Assembly: GCA_965113315.1 (NCBI GenBank)
Contig: OZ220364.1
DNA length: 64,000 nucleotides
Source: Podarcis vaucheri
Taxonomy: Eukaryota
Reading direction: 5' to 3' (one strand)
This document shows positions 1 to 12,630 of the stretch, piece after piece. Within the stretch, counting starts at the first letter, position 1; each line of letters begins with the position of its first letter. The notes under the pieces are model-generated. The model saw only the letters and a program-made list of their open reading frames with translations. It was not told the DNA's origin and made no database searches. A program made the position numbers and the translations under genes.

Positions 1-1258
1 CTGACTTATATGTTAAAATAAGTTATATTATATTAACTTATATGTTAATATAACTTATATTAATTTAAGATTTGTGTACTGATGGTCACTGTATCTGCAA
101 TGTGAACTGATGGTGGCTTATTTTTATTACTATTATTTGTATATCTAACAACATCTGGAAGGACACCTGAGGCCTACATCTCCAGAAGGAAGCATTATTG
201 TGCTGAAGCTAAATATCAGCAACATAATAAATTATGCCGCTACCTACTTGATATTATGAACACATCAATTTGCTAGCTGCAAGCAGATCTTACAGATTCT
301 GATTGTTGATTAAGCATACAAGTCAGAAATATTTCATGCTTAGCTAAGCATTAAAAAAAAAAAATCCCATGAATGCTTCTTAATGTTTTCTTTCATGGGT
401 AGCAAGGTATCTTAAAGCAAAAAGTTAAAGAAATGTCATCTATAAGCTTTTTGGCAACAGCTTATATAACAAGATGTTGAAAAGGGGGTGCACTGAGTAT
501 CTACCAATAAAAAAATCTATTCTGAGAGAAAACACAGTTTAGCGGTACTTGCCAATATAATGGTCTTTACAGCTGTTTACCACTGATACCATTTGCTGTT
601 TCTTTTAAAAGACACATAAGCATAATATGGGGAAATGCCAATGTTTAACAGATCATTTCGTGCAATCTTTACAGATAATGGACAGTTATTTTTTTTTCTA
701 CCAGAGAAGCTGATTCAGTGACTGGCAAACAATCTGGAGACAGCTGTGAAATCAACCAGGTAATATGCTCTAATGACTAATACGTCTGCAGGAGCTGATG
801 AAACTTTTTTGCTCAAGAGATTAATCTTGAATGAAAGTAAATGCTTTATAATGACAAATATTTAAGGGAAGTGGAGAATGAAAGATGCAATTCTAATTAT
901 TATAAAGAAATTACCAGTGATTTAGGGAGTAATAAATCCAAGCCTTTTGTTCACTTTAAATATTATCTGTGCGCAAGAATTGTACTCGTGCTTTCCAACA
1001 CTGGATTAGGTACATAGTGCCCAGCACATGAAATCAATACAGGCTGAATTCAAATGTGGTATCTATCCGTATTACATAATGATGATGATACTACACAATG
1101 TCATCAATTATCAGGGGAAATAGTGGGTGGTATTCAGCTTAGTATTAATCAGAGTATACCCATTGAAATTAATGTATCTGAGTAATATTAAATTGAATAC
1201 TACCCCACATGTAACATCTTGGCACCTGAAAGTATTTCAGGGCATGCTTGTCCTAAGT

Positions 1259-1394
1259 CAGGCATAGGCAAACTCGGCTCTCCAGATGTTTTGGGACTAC
1301 AACTCCCATCATCCTTGACCACTGGTCCTGTTAGCTAGGGATAATGGGAGTTGTAGTCCCAAAACATCTGAAGGGCCGAGTCTGCCTATGCCTG
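1259..1394. mobile_element. Palindromic hAT-type MITE
   Basis: Near-complete inverted repeat CAGGCATAGGCAAACTCGG...CCGAGTCTGCCTATGCCTG with an 8-bp TSD tcctaagt/tcttaagt (1 mismatch). Decayed relatives at ~14121-14215 and ~37725-37850. Confidence 0.85.
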
Positions 1395-1816
1395 TCTTAA
1401 GTTTATCCCATCTAACTGTTTCCCCCCCATTTAAAGTAATTGGGTCTCTGAAGAACTTTATAGGTCTGCCATGGAACCAGCTGCACTTTACTGACTTACA
1501 CACAATTGATTCTAAAATCCGTAGAAATGACTGATAATAAAAAAACAGCAAAAATATTTTCAGAACATGGAGAACTTAAACTGAACTCTTGTCTGCATTC
1601 TGCTGCAGCTGCTACTTAAGCATAGCCTCCCCGTTTACTTCACTCTATGCATGAACTTTAGTGCAGAAAGATCTGGATTTTAAACTTCAAGCAGAATCTC
1701 ATGTCGTAACTGAAAGGCAAGAAAATGTACTAGCCAACCACTCCCCCACCCCTCGGAAAGCAACACTAAACAATGATACATAGTACAAAGTTTAAGAAGT
1801 GATTATGTAGATTATT

Positions 1817-2168
1817 AGGGACATGGGTGGCACTGTGGGTTAAACCACAGAGCCTAGGACTTGCTGATCAGAAGGTCGGTGGTTCGAATCCCCGCAACGG
1901 GGTGAGCTCCCATTGCTCGCTCCCTGCTCCTGCCAACCTAGCAGTTTGAAAGCACGTCAAAGTGCAAGTAGATAAATAGGTACCGCTCCGGTGGGAAGGT
2001 AAACGGCGTTTCCGTGAGCTGCTCTGGTTCGCCAGAAGCGGCTTAGTCATGCTGGCCACATGACCCAGAAGCTGTACGCCGGCTCCCTTGGCCAATAAAG
2101 TGAGATGAGCACCACAACCCCAGAGTCGGTCACGACTGGACCTAATGGTCAGGGGTCCCTTTACCTTT
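1817..2168 (+). mobile_element. Sauria SINE, full length
   Basis: tRNA-derived head with B box GGTTCGAATCC, typical body (gcagtttgaaagcacgtcaaagtgcaagtagataaataggtaccgctc) and ACCTTT tail. TSD-like atgtagattatt/atggagattatt. Confidence 0.9.
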
Positions 2169-2707
2169 ATGGAGATTATTCATATTGACACCAAGAGAGG
2201 CAGCCATGACTTTCCAGCCAAGACTTTCTTCTTATGGAAAACCCCTGCATCAAGGGGGCAAAGGAGAAAGACCATATTCCTGCCTACAAATCTGCCTGTG
2301 TTTTGGGATCTTGGAGGGGAGGCCTTTCTCTTGAGTCCCATTGCACTCACAGGCAGAGGTGCCGTCTTCTCAAGAAGATTGAGGGGGCCTGATGTGACGG
2401 TCTGACATCACATGCGCAACATTAGCCATTCTCATTTTCATCTCCACTCTGCCTTGAGTCCCATCAGGGCAAATGGTGGTGTGTCTGGGCTATCAACTGC
2501 AACAGGTGTGCTTGCCTGTTAGATAAAGCAGTTCCAGACTAGCAACACATTTATGCAGGAGTTCTATTGAGATAATGGGCTTATTCCTTGGTACGTGGAT
2601 ACAGACAGGACTGCAGCCCAAATTCTAGCCACAGTTCTACCTTCTTACCTACTTAGCAAGTGATCCGCACTTTGGAACTGACGTCATATTACCAGTTATG
2701 TTGGAAG

Positions 2708-3543
2708 AGACTGTGGAAACTTCACACTAGTCTTCAAGCATCTGGCATTGTGTGCCTCCCCACTCTTCCTCCAGACTCTGGGTCCTTGGTTTCCAAATGA
2801 GATGCAAAAGCTGCTCTCATGAGAAAAGAGATTTGGGGAGCCATGTCATCAGCTGGTGTTGGTCCACTGTGCTTCATTAAGTCCAGGGTCAACGCAGCCG
2901 TCTACCAGGAGATTTTGGAGCACTTCATGCTTCTTTCTGCAGACGACCTTTATGGGGATGCTGACTTCATTTTCCAGCAGGACTTTGGCACCTGCCCACA
3001 CTGCCAAAACCTGGTTCAATGCCCATGGGATTACTGTGCATGATTGGCCAGCAAACTCGCCTAACCTGAACCCCATAGAGAATCTATGGGGCATTGCCAA
3101 GAGAAAGATGAGAGACATGGGACCGAGCAATGCAGAATAGCTGAAGGCTGCTATTGAAGCTTCCTGGTCTTCCATAACACCTCAGCAGTGCCACAGGCTG
3201 ATAGCATCCATGCCACGCCGCGCTGAGGCAGTAATTGATGCAAAAGGGGCCCAAACCAAGTACTGAGTACATATGCATGCTTCTACTTCTCAGTGGTCCA
3301 ATATTGCTCTATTTGCAATCCTTCTTTTGCTGATTTCATTTAATATTCTAATTTTCTGAGATTGTTAATTTGGGGTTTTCATCAGCTGTACGCCATGATC
3401 ATCACAATTATAACAAATAAAGGCTTGACATATCTTGCTTTGCATGTCATGAGTCTATCGCATATATTAGTTTCACCTTTTAAGTTGAATTACTGAAATA
3501 AATGAACTTTTCCACGGTATTCTAATTTTTCGAGTTTCACCTG
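2708..3543 (+). mobile_element. Tc1/mariner transposon remnant: C-terminal DDE transposase pseudogene and 3' TIR
   Basis: IWGAMSSAGVGPL..FQQD / LAPAHTAK..WPANSPNLNPIENLW..IDAKGAQTKY*, with a frameshift and a stop. Ends ...tttcacctg|TA. Segment 2708-2830 is inverted. Confidence 0.9.
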
Positions 3544-5480
3544 TATTTCACAAATGTGTGTGCAGCTTCTACTTCATTTTCAGGTGTCCTGGATTGAAAT
3601 GAATAGGCTTATTATGTGCAAAAGTGAAACATGGCTCCCATGTCTGCAAGCAAACAAAAAACACCTTCCATGGTGATATCTGGCGATCAAGAAGCATGCA
3701 CATTTTGCTATGCCTTCGCTTTGGAATTAAGCCCTTCCTCTCCTGAACACCCCCTCCCCCAAACACACACACACATACTTCATCCATTTCAGAAAGGGGT
3801 GGGATACAAAAATATAATTATTATAGGGGGATCCACTTTCACAAGGAATGATCATAAATGACAATCTAAAGGGAAGAACTGACCTTGTATAATTAGGAAC
3901 TGTGAGTCACAATCACTCGGAAGAGCGATTCAATTTTGTAAGATGTAAATTGCTTAGAAAACTCAGAGGTGGATGGAATCCTGTGTGATTGGAAGGAAGG
4001 TGGCTCTGGGAAATGCACCACATCCACAGGAGAAGAACAAAGTTAAAATAAAATGAAACTTCAGGAGGTCTTTATAATTGGCAATCACACTGAGCTGCAT
4101 TTAGCCTATTGCATTTGAAAAATGGGCAATTAGATTTTTTCGTCTCACTAGTTCATAGCTAATTCTTAATATTAATCTCATACAGAATGTTAAATGTACT
4201 TCATTCAAAGAAGCAAATTGCTGCCTACAACCTATTTCCAATATTCTCACCAGGGACCTTATAACCAAGTCTGAGATAGGCACACGCTAGGTTTTGGGCC
4301 GGTTACAAATGCTAAGAAGTACCAGAAAAGAAAATGCACAATTTGTTCTACTAAAAGTGTACTTCTTTCAGCTACTTCTTTTGCGTTAAGAGTTGTCCAA
4401 GCGAATATGCTCCATAATAGTGTTTATTAATATTTGTGTACACAGGAACGCTATGCTTGATCTTCATTTGAACTTTCCCCCTAAAGTACAATTTCACGTC
4501 TTCAAGGCAAGCGTGAAATTGATGGAACATCATCTTGAAAGGGCTGAGGGGAAGTATTTATAGTTATTAATGATCTCCCTGTAGTTACAAGATTATTGAG
4601 GTCAAACCTGTATAAAAATATCTCTAGGTTATGTAGGAGGAACAACTAACTGCAGGTATATTGTTTTCAGAGGCTACTGATAACAAAGGTAAAAAAAAAA
4701 ACCAGGTCAAATGACACTGGGAACCCCAAAGGAAAATAAGTGGATACTGTTAAGGGGTGGGGAACATATAGCAGCCCTGTTGTCTTTGTTTAGGCAATTC
4801 AAGGTACAAATGAAAACAAACTCATTTTGCGGAAACTGACTCTTTAAGTGCCCTTTCATTGACCACTGTTGTCATGTCCAAACTTTGTCCAAGAGTCCAT
4901 AAGGCCAAGACCTTACAAAGTAGATATTGTTGCCATTATCCCTACAGGATTTATCTACGTGGTTCTTCCTTCACTTTTCTCCAGAAACTGAGACAGAAAA
5001 ACAGTAATTTTGAGACATAGTGCTGCTAACGGCCTGGAACAGAGATCAGAGCTTTGCAAACAAGACCCCTGGAAACTACCTAGCATGACACCTCCACCTA
5101 TCAGTGTCATAAACCACAGCAGTGTTTCTGGTTATAAACTTCAACACTGGGGAGATTAGAAGTCTCTGTGTACACAGGGAGCTTAAAGGTATCGTTATAC
5201 TCTTTGCCAGCCAGAATTGGCATGAACTCTGAAGACTAAACCAATATCTATAGAGCTACAACTTGGACAAAGTCCTGTGTGAGACACATTTACTTGGCAA
5301 CAGGAGGATTAACATTTTTATTTTTATTTTTTGGTTAATCTTAATGACTGTGAAGGGAGAGAGTCCTTAAGCAAAGCCATTTAGGACTTTAAAGGTCATG
5401 GCTGACACTTTAAATTGTGTCTGGGAGATTAAATAAAAAGAAATGGAGCAAAGCTGTAAAATATCCTGGCATGATCACGC

Positions 5481-5646
5481 ATAGGAACACAGGAAAATAA
5501 GAAGCTGACTTACAGTGAGTCAGAACATTGGCCCATCCAACTCTCTCCATCACTTCAGAGAGAGAGTTCTCTCTCCTGAGAATTGAGAACCTGGGACCTT
5601 CTGCATAGAAAGCAGCTTGCTCTTCCATTGAGCTATGGCGCTACCC
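5481..5646 (-). mobile_element. tRNA-derived SINE (Squam3-like), decayed
   Basis: Reverse strand reads catagctcaatggaagagcaagctgctttctatgcagaaggtcccaggttc, with tail ...ctgactcactgtaagtcagcttc..tgttcctat. Confidence 0.65.
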
Positions 5647-5909
5647 CAAGTTGCACTGCACTTCTGCATAGATTTTAGTTGTCACCCTTCTCAAATCACT
5701 TCCACTTCAAAAATGTGCAGAGAAGCACATCTATGTCATAAAGTGGGACACATAAAATAACATTTTAGTAGCCTACTTTTGAGTTAAGCACTATTTCTTT
5801 ATTTCCTTGGTTGTCCCTGACACTCCTCTTTGCTCGAGCTTTTAGAAAATTTGCTTCTTTGTTCTTCAGCCGACTGTGGTTCCAAACTCAGGCGCAGCAG
5901 GCCTATATA

Positions 5910-6234
5910 CAGTGGTTCCTCGCAAGACGAAAAGAATCCGTTCTGTGATTCTCTTTGTCTAGCGGTTTTTTCGTCTTGGGAAGCAAGCCGATTGACGGAT
6001 TAGCGGATTAGAGCTATTAGCGGCTTTTAGCGGCTTATCTGCTGATCGGATCAGCTGATAAGCGGCTTAGCGGCTTAGAAAAAGGGGGGGGACCAGCAGG
6101 AACTCGCAAGACATTGTCGTCTTGCGAAGCAAGCCCATAGGAAATTCGTTTTGCGAAGCACCTCCAAAACGGAAAACTCTTTCGTCTAGCGAGTTTTCTG
6201 TCTTGCGAGGCATTCGTCTTGCGGGGCACCACTG
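5910..6234. mobile_element. TcMar (Tigger/pogo-like) MITE
   Basis: TA|CAGTGGTTCCTCGCAAGACGAA ... TTCGTCTTGCGGGGCACCACTG|TA. Confidence 0.85.
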
Positions 6235-6988
6235 TAGCTAGGACATCTGGCCAATGCAAAACTAGGGGACAGCGGAGTATCCCACCCTCCTTTGTGGCCA
6301 GCCAGGGGAAATCCCCAACAGCTGCCTGCACGATGGAGAGACCTTTTGGTCTCTGGAGCCAAGGCTCTGCCATGACAAGCTACAACTGCCTCCCACCCAG
6401 AGACTGGGTAAGTGGCCATTATTTATTTATCTCCCAGTATCCAATATCTATGTCTTTTCACCCAAAAACACATTCCCCCAGCCAGCCAGCCGCAAAGGGA
6501 AAGTGTATTTCGTATCATGATCTCAGAATTATCTCTGTCTGGAGTCTATTGAGATTATTTGTTTATTTTAAAAGCCACATCACTGCCTGAAAATGTCAAA
6601 GTGGCGTATAACAAGATAAAAGCAAACTACAAAAAGTATGAGTTGTTTTTTTAAAAAAGAAATAGAAGCACTCTAAAAACGTAAAATAATAGAACAATTT
6701 CTACAGATGTGCAATTAATATTCCATAAATGACTGAGTCACACCTTAGGGAATTGAGATATTATTATGCCTGTTTCTATGCAGGGATAATTGTAACTGGA
6801 GGCACAAAGAAGCCAACTGCATTCTTTGGAGTTATAAAGAAAGGCTACAAACACACGATGCCACATAAGCAACAACATTCTAGTTTTGTACGGGTGTTTT
6901 AACAACTTTGCCATTGGAAAACAAGTACTTTCAGCAGGTAATTAGAAGAACATACACTCATCACAACTAAAACCTCTGAGAAGCTCAA

Positions 6989-6989
6989 C

Positions 6990-7025
<36 letters not shown>
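6989..7025. repeat. (TA)n(GA)n microsatellite
   Basis: Read directly. Confidence 0.9.
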
Positions 7026-8438
7026 ATGAGAAAAATATAATACAGATTTTTCTGCGTGAATAAAGTGCTGACAGAAACCCATTTAGGCCCATTTTGTGAG
7101 ATTAGAACATAAGCAGTAAATGCACTCTCAGCTTATTTGTTCTAGCTGATGCTATTTGAATAGAAGCCCAAAGGCACAATCTTTTGAGAAAATAAGATTA
7201 CCCCCCTCCTTAGTTTCAACTAAAACTGCTCATTGTAAAACAACAAATTACCCACTTCACTAGTAATTGATATTTACACAGATCTTAAATATCTAGAGAG
7301 ACATTTTAAATCTCTGGAAAACATATACATATGAAAAGTTCATCCAAAACATAAGAGCAGAATTAGAAAAGGTCTTTAGAAATGTCTCTTCCACCATTCC
7401 ACCTCCCTAACATACTTTTCCTTAAGGCATATAATTATTGCCTAGCATTTAAAACTCATTACGTGAACTTCTCAGAGCTAAGGTTTGAATGTAAATTGAT
7501 TGTCTTCTTGTTCTAATGAAGTAGAGAGCTCAGAAAAAAATAATTCACAACTACATCTCCACAAAATACCTATGATTTACGTCCTCTTTTCCTTTCTACT
7601 TGTAAGACTTGTTCACGTGAACTTCTGTGTTATTCACACCGTGTTAAGACATTTGCATGTGAACCACAGGTATTCTACTGCCTGGCAAAGATTAATGCAG
7701 TAATATTAATATAATAATATTATAATTAATGCAGTAATATTCTTAGGAACATACCTAAGAAAACACAGTCACTATGCAATATCAGAATTTGCTTCCTGGC
7801 AACATCCATATCGTTTATCTTGCACTGTGGCAACAACTATATTTGCCTGACTGTCGCTGCTCCTTAGTCCTCAAATCTATGCTAGTACTGAATGAAGCAC
7901 CAGAGTAGGCATATAGCTGTGGAAGATTCCTCCCAGATCACAGGTCATCATTTCATTTTCATATTTCCAGTTCCCGACACTTGCGGAGGAATGGGGGGGT
8001 GGATCGCCCCCGGCAACACCGGGGAGGGGGGTACCATTGCAGCCGCCCCCTGGACACACACCGTGCACCCCTCCACTGTGCCGGGTGCCATGCCCCCGCG
8101 GGCAGCACACCAAGTCTATTCAATGGGGGTCACTCCCTAGTAATTATGAACGTTTAAATTTGTTCCTGGTCTAAAATTGTCGAAATAGGTGGTACTCAAG
8201 TTATTTCCCATTTAAATACAAGGTAAAGTGAACCATTTCATAAACTTTTCATCCAAGAACAATTTCAAATGCTGCAAGGCGAATTCAAACTTCAGACAGC
8301 TATTTACATGGTGCCATTAGTCACTTTATCAGGGCAGGATGTAATGGTGAAAATCCATGTTATTCATTATTTGACCGTTTCTGTGCCTGAAAGAAATAGC
8401 ACTATCAAAGAAATGCCAGTTAGCTCTGTTATTTAGAG

Positions 8439-8625
8439 CATGGGTAGGCAAACTAAGGCCCGGGGGCTGGATCCGGCCCAATTGCCTTCTAAATCCGGCC
8501 CGCAGACGGTCTGGCAATCAGCGTGTTTTTACATGAGTAGAATATGTCCTTTTATTTAAACTGCATCTCTGGGTAATTTGTGGGGCCTGCCTGGTGTTTT
8601 TACATGAGTAGAATGTGTGCTTTTA
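8439..8625. mobile_element. hAT (Charlie-like) non-autonomous fragment
   Basis: Reverse complement of the right half of the 52902-53230 element (ggcccgggggctggatccggccc, tttacatgagtagaat repeats). Confidence 0.75.
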
Positions 8626-11600
8626 TAGAGTAGAATGTGTGCTGATAATGCCAATGTGGTGGCTCACCATATGGACCATGTGCATATTCCTGCATTGCAG
8701 GGGAACCTTGGGTCCATTCCAACTCTACAAATACTATGATTCTAAGTCTTACATTTTTAAAGAAGAGAATTCATATAGGGCAACGATCCTTTTAGGGACC
8801 GTATCTCTCTTCCAAAACTTTACATTTGAAACATCTGTCAGTATAATTCCACTAGCATAGATTAAACTGAAGAAATAATGTATTTTTTTCTGATCGATGT
8901 CTTCTTTCACAGAACAATTAATCTGAAACATCTGGAGGGCTGCAGGTGGGGAATGTTGCATTAGGTTGCCTAATGGATTAGCCCTTTCAGGGAGCTTCAA
9001 ATGGTCATGTTTACAAATAATGTACATAGTCATCATGATAGTCCTGGTTACCCAAAACTCCCATTATTTTGGTGGGAGGAGAAAATGTACAATGTGATAA
9101 ACTGATTTTGATATTGTTGCCATGTGAACTTAGATCTGTAAGCCACACATTCAGACTAAGGGAGCTATTCTATGATGCGGATTATTCGGCACTGGAAGTT
9201 CAAATACCATGTATTCATAGCAGGTGCTTCTTTCAATCTTCTCTGTCTTTAAAGGGGCAAAATCAGCAACTTGTACTGTTGCCTTGTAATAACTAAGCAG
9301 ATGGAAGGAGAATAAAAAGAGGCATCAGCCCTGAATGGTTGCCTTCAGGTTTTCATTTGTAACTTGTCTCGTTTCAAAACAGTCCAGGTCTATGCAAGAA
9401 AGCAGCACTTACATACCATGAAGCATGTCAGCACTACGGTATAATGGGAGAGGCGAGTGAATTCTCATGAAGCTACTGAGAGCATCTAGAATATCTAGGT
9501 CAAATCATACTGCAAAGGTACGATGTAGGCCTTCTTTGTATTGTTGCAGGTGTTGCTATTATATGAGTAGTAGTATACCTTTATAATATTTGCTGCAAAT
9601 ATAGGGGTCATTTCAGGCCTTAACAAAGTCAGACAAAAAACAAAATGCACACTGAGCAGTGATACAAAAGAGGGCAAGTACTAGTAGGGTGAGAACTGAC
9701 TATGAACAATAACAATGGGAAATACATTTTTCAGACCTTTTTTTTTAACTCCCGTTAACACATCTGGCAGGAGACACTGGCTGAGAAGCACTAGGAAACG
9801 AGATTCTTTTGAGTGGGTATTTTGAACAGTCGTTTCAAGAAAACAAATTGGCCTACAGAAGAGGAAGCAAGGGTTTCTGATGGCAAAAGAGATACCTGAC
9901 CGGACACTGTAGGTCTGAACAGAAACTATATGATGTAACAAGGGAAGAGATGAAAAGCCACGTTGAGGCAAGAATTAGCATGGGCATTCTGTATATGAAG
10001 ACTTGTCTGCACTTTTCACTTGTCTTTTCACTTGTCTGCAGTTATCCAAAGACAATTTATCTAAAACTAAGTCCCCTTTAGCAATGGTTTCTGCAGTGCC
10101 TTGTGCGCGCCAAATATTCACTAAACCAGATTGTTATCATCTGGCATGATCATTGATTTACTGGTTTAAATTTGCCACACGGAAGTCATTTTGAACACAA
10201 GGGCGGGTGATTGGGTGTCTTTACAATCTGTGTCCTGTTCACATATGTTTATCCATAAGCCCGTTCTGTCACATGTGTACATTAATATTTGTTGTTTTTT
10301 GTTGTTAATCTGCACGAATATTTGCGTTTAAATTCATATGTTCTAACGTAATTTCTCTCAAGATTTGAATTTTGCATTTTAAAATGCATTTTGCGCTACC
10401 AGCTGCATTGGGACATTCAGGAAGTGCATAAGCCAGTGCAATTTGCACATTAGTCTGGAAGGTGTGCATCAAAATTCACAAAGATCAAATTCCTCAGGCA
10501 CCCCATTAGAAGATAAGCCCTTTACAAAGGCAGTCAGTGTATAAATCAAAGTGCAGGCTACTTGTCCTAAAGAGATAGCTCTAAATCTCTTTATCTTCTG
10601 AAAAATCTTCTGAAAGTTAAAAGGGCGATTGCTACCTGTCATCCAGCTTCCTTTCCTGGCGGTTATAGAGATGGATCCTCTAAGAGGGCAGGCATGGCAA
10701 CAATTTCCATATATTTTAAAAAGAAAAGAAAGAATTCCTTATAAGAGCTGCTGAAAATAGGATAAACAGAAGTGGGTTTAATTTGCAGGAAAGCAAAATA
10801 TAGAGGAAGGTCAGCAAGGGAAGTATATTCAGAGGAAGATGAGGAGTGGTCACCAACACAGGTATTCTATGTGTTCTTAGCATCATCATATGGAGGGCAC
10901 CACCATGAAGGTTTCCAAAAGTGAGAGAGAGTGTGTGTTAAGCACAATTATATAATATTTTGGGTGTATGTATATAATTTATAAAAACATACAAGACAGG
11001 TGAAATATGTAAGCTATGTTGTTGAAAACACTGATCACATGCTGACAAGATTGAATTTGAACTAAATTTTAAAAGGCCATGTGAAGTTGTCAGAATTTGG
11101 AAGAGACTAAAGAATTAAGGTAGGGGTGTGTGTGGGTGTGTGTAGAACGATGGGAGATATTGTGCCAATAGAACAATGGGAAATATGCAAACTGGATGTT
11201 CAGGGCTAGAAGGAAAGTAGGTTTTGGATCATGGATTGTTCCAAATTCCTTAAATCATTGCTGGGAAAGGGGTTTGCGTAAGTTTGAGAAATGTTATCAT
11301 ATGGGAAGATATGCTCTTGAAAGTAAATACTAGGCACTGGGTATTCCTGAAACCCCAGAACTTCCGAATCAATGGCTGCCAGGGAGCTTTCTTTATTTAT
11401 GAGGTTAAATTTCTAACATATATATCTGAATCTTATTCCACGGCAATACATAATTTACCTTCTGGAGTGAGGTTTCTAAGCTTTACTTTGATGCAGTTAT
11501 GCCTCCAAGAGAGGATTTCCATTATTATGGAGATGAAGTATCTTTAATGACTGCAATAATGTAATTGTACCCCAGGGCAAAATTCCTAATAATGCAATTG

Positions 11601-12004
11601 TATAGCTTTCAAGCACCAGTAAGAGACGTCTTCAGGGCAGGTTATTCATTAAGGGTGTAGTGTACAGTAGCTCTGCTTCACTGGAAGAGTAAGAAAGCTA
11701 AAGCAATAAAGCTCCCTTTTCAAGATAGGCTTTGCCTCCTGGGCAAGCATCTAACATCACACTTGGTTCTGTTTCGCAGTCAGTGGCAGCCTCCAGAGGA
11801 AGATTCCCAGCAGCCTAATAAGATCCACCCTATTACTTCTCCAGACACTCAGTCCCAGATACCACCTATTACGCATATATCTCAAAAAAGATACTGACAA
11901 ATCTTTCACAAAATAGCCATATCTCTAAGACTTTTGCCTACCGTAAGTCTTTCCAAAAACTGAAATGCATGTGTGTTGCTTTTTAAAAGAAGAATTACTT
12001 AAAA

Positions 12005-12087
12005 TCTGAAGAAGTGTGCATGCACACGAACGCTCATACTGATAACAAACTTAGTTGGTCTCTAAGGTGCTACTGGAAGGACTTTTT
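12005..12087 (+). mobile_element. Penelope-like element terminal (pLTR) remnant with hammerhead-like core
   Basis: tCTGAAGAagtgtgcatgcacacGAACgctcata...ttagttggtctctaaggtgctactgg, the typical reptile PLE terminal motif as I recall it. Confidence 0.7.
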
Positions 12088-12630
12088 ATTTATTTATTTA
12101 TTTTTTAAAAAAGAAAGAAAGAAGAAGAGCACTGCTGGATCAAACCAAAGACCCATTTGGTACAGTATCCTTTGTAAAGGACTTTGAGATTACCGATCAA
12201 GCGCTATATAAATTTTATGAAATAAATATATCCTATTCTCATGGTAGCCAACTAGATATCTGTTGAAGCCCAGGACCTGAGTGGAACAGCATTCTCCCCT
12301 CCTGTCCTCCTCAGCAATTGGGATTCAGAAGGATTACTGCCTACAATACTCCAATACAATTTTCAGTGACCAAGCAGTGCCAAGCCCTGGGTTGACCTGG
12401 ACTCTAAAAAAACTTGCTTCCCAGGACTGTCCTTGCATTGTTTCTAACTTGGCAGGACAGCTTTCTATCTCCTGATGGACCTGGAATCATGACATCTTTT
12501 CATCCAGAGCAGAAAGCCTGAATTATTTCCCTACCTCCCTCCCCCTGCTTTTAGCCCTTGGTTATTTGCACTATTGCTACAATCTACACATTCCTCTGTA
12601 TCACCTCAATCCCCCGTCCCCAAACATGGC

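Noticed and set aside
1-70. AT-rich ACTTATATGTTAA repeats
   Set aside because: Low complexity and cut by the window edge.
7980-8110. GC-rich patch as a CpG-island promoter
   Set aside because: Only ~130 bp and looks like a MITE fragment; the family cannot be assigned.
9408-9500. Minus-strand GTAAG donor suggesting a cryptic exon
   Set aside because: Upstream sequence is not contactin-like in any frame I checked.
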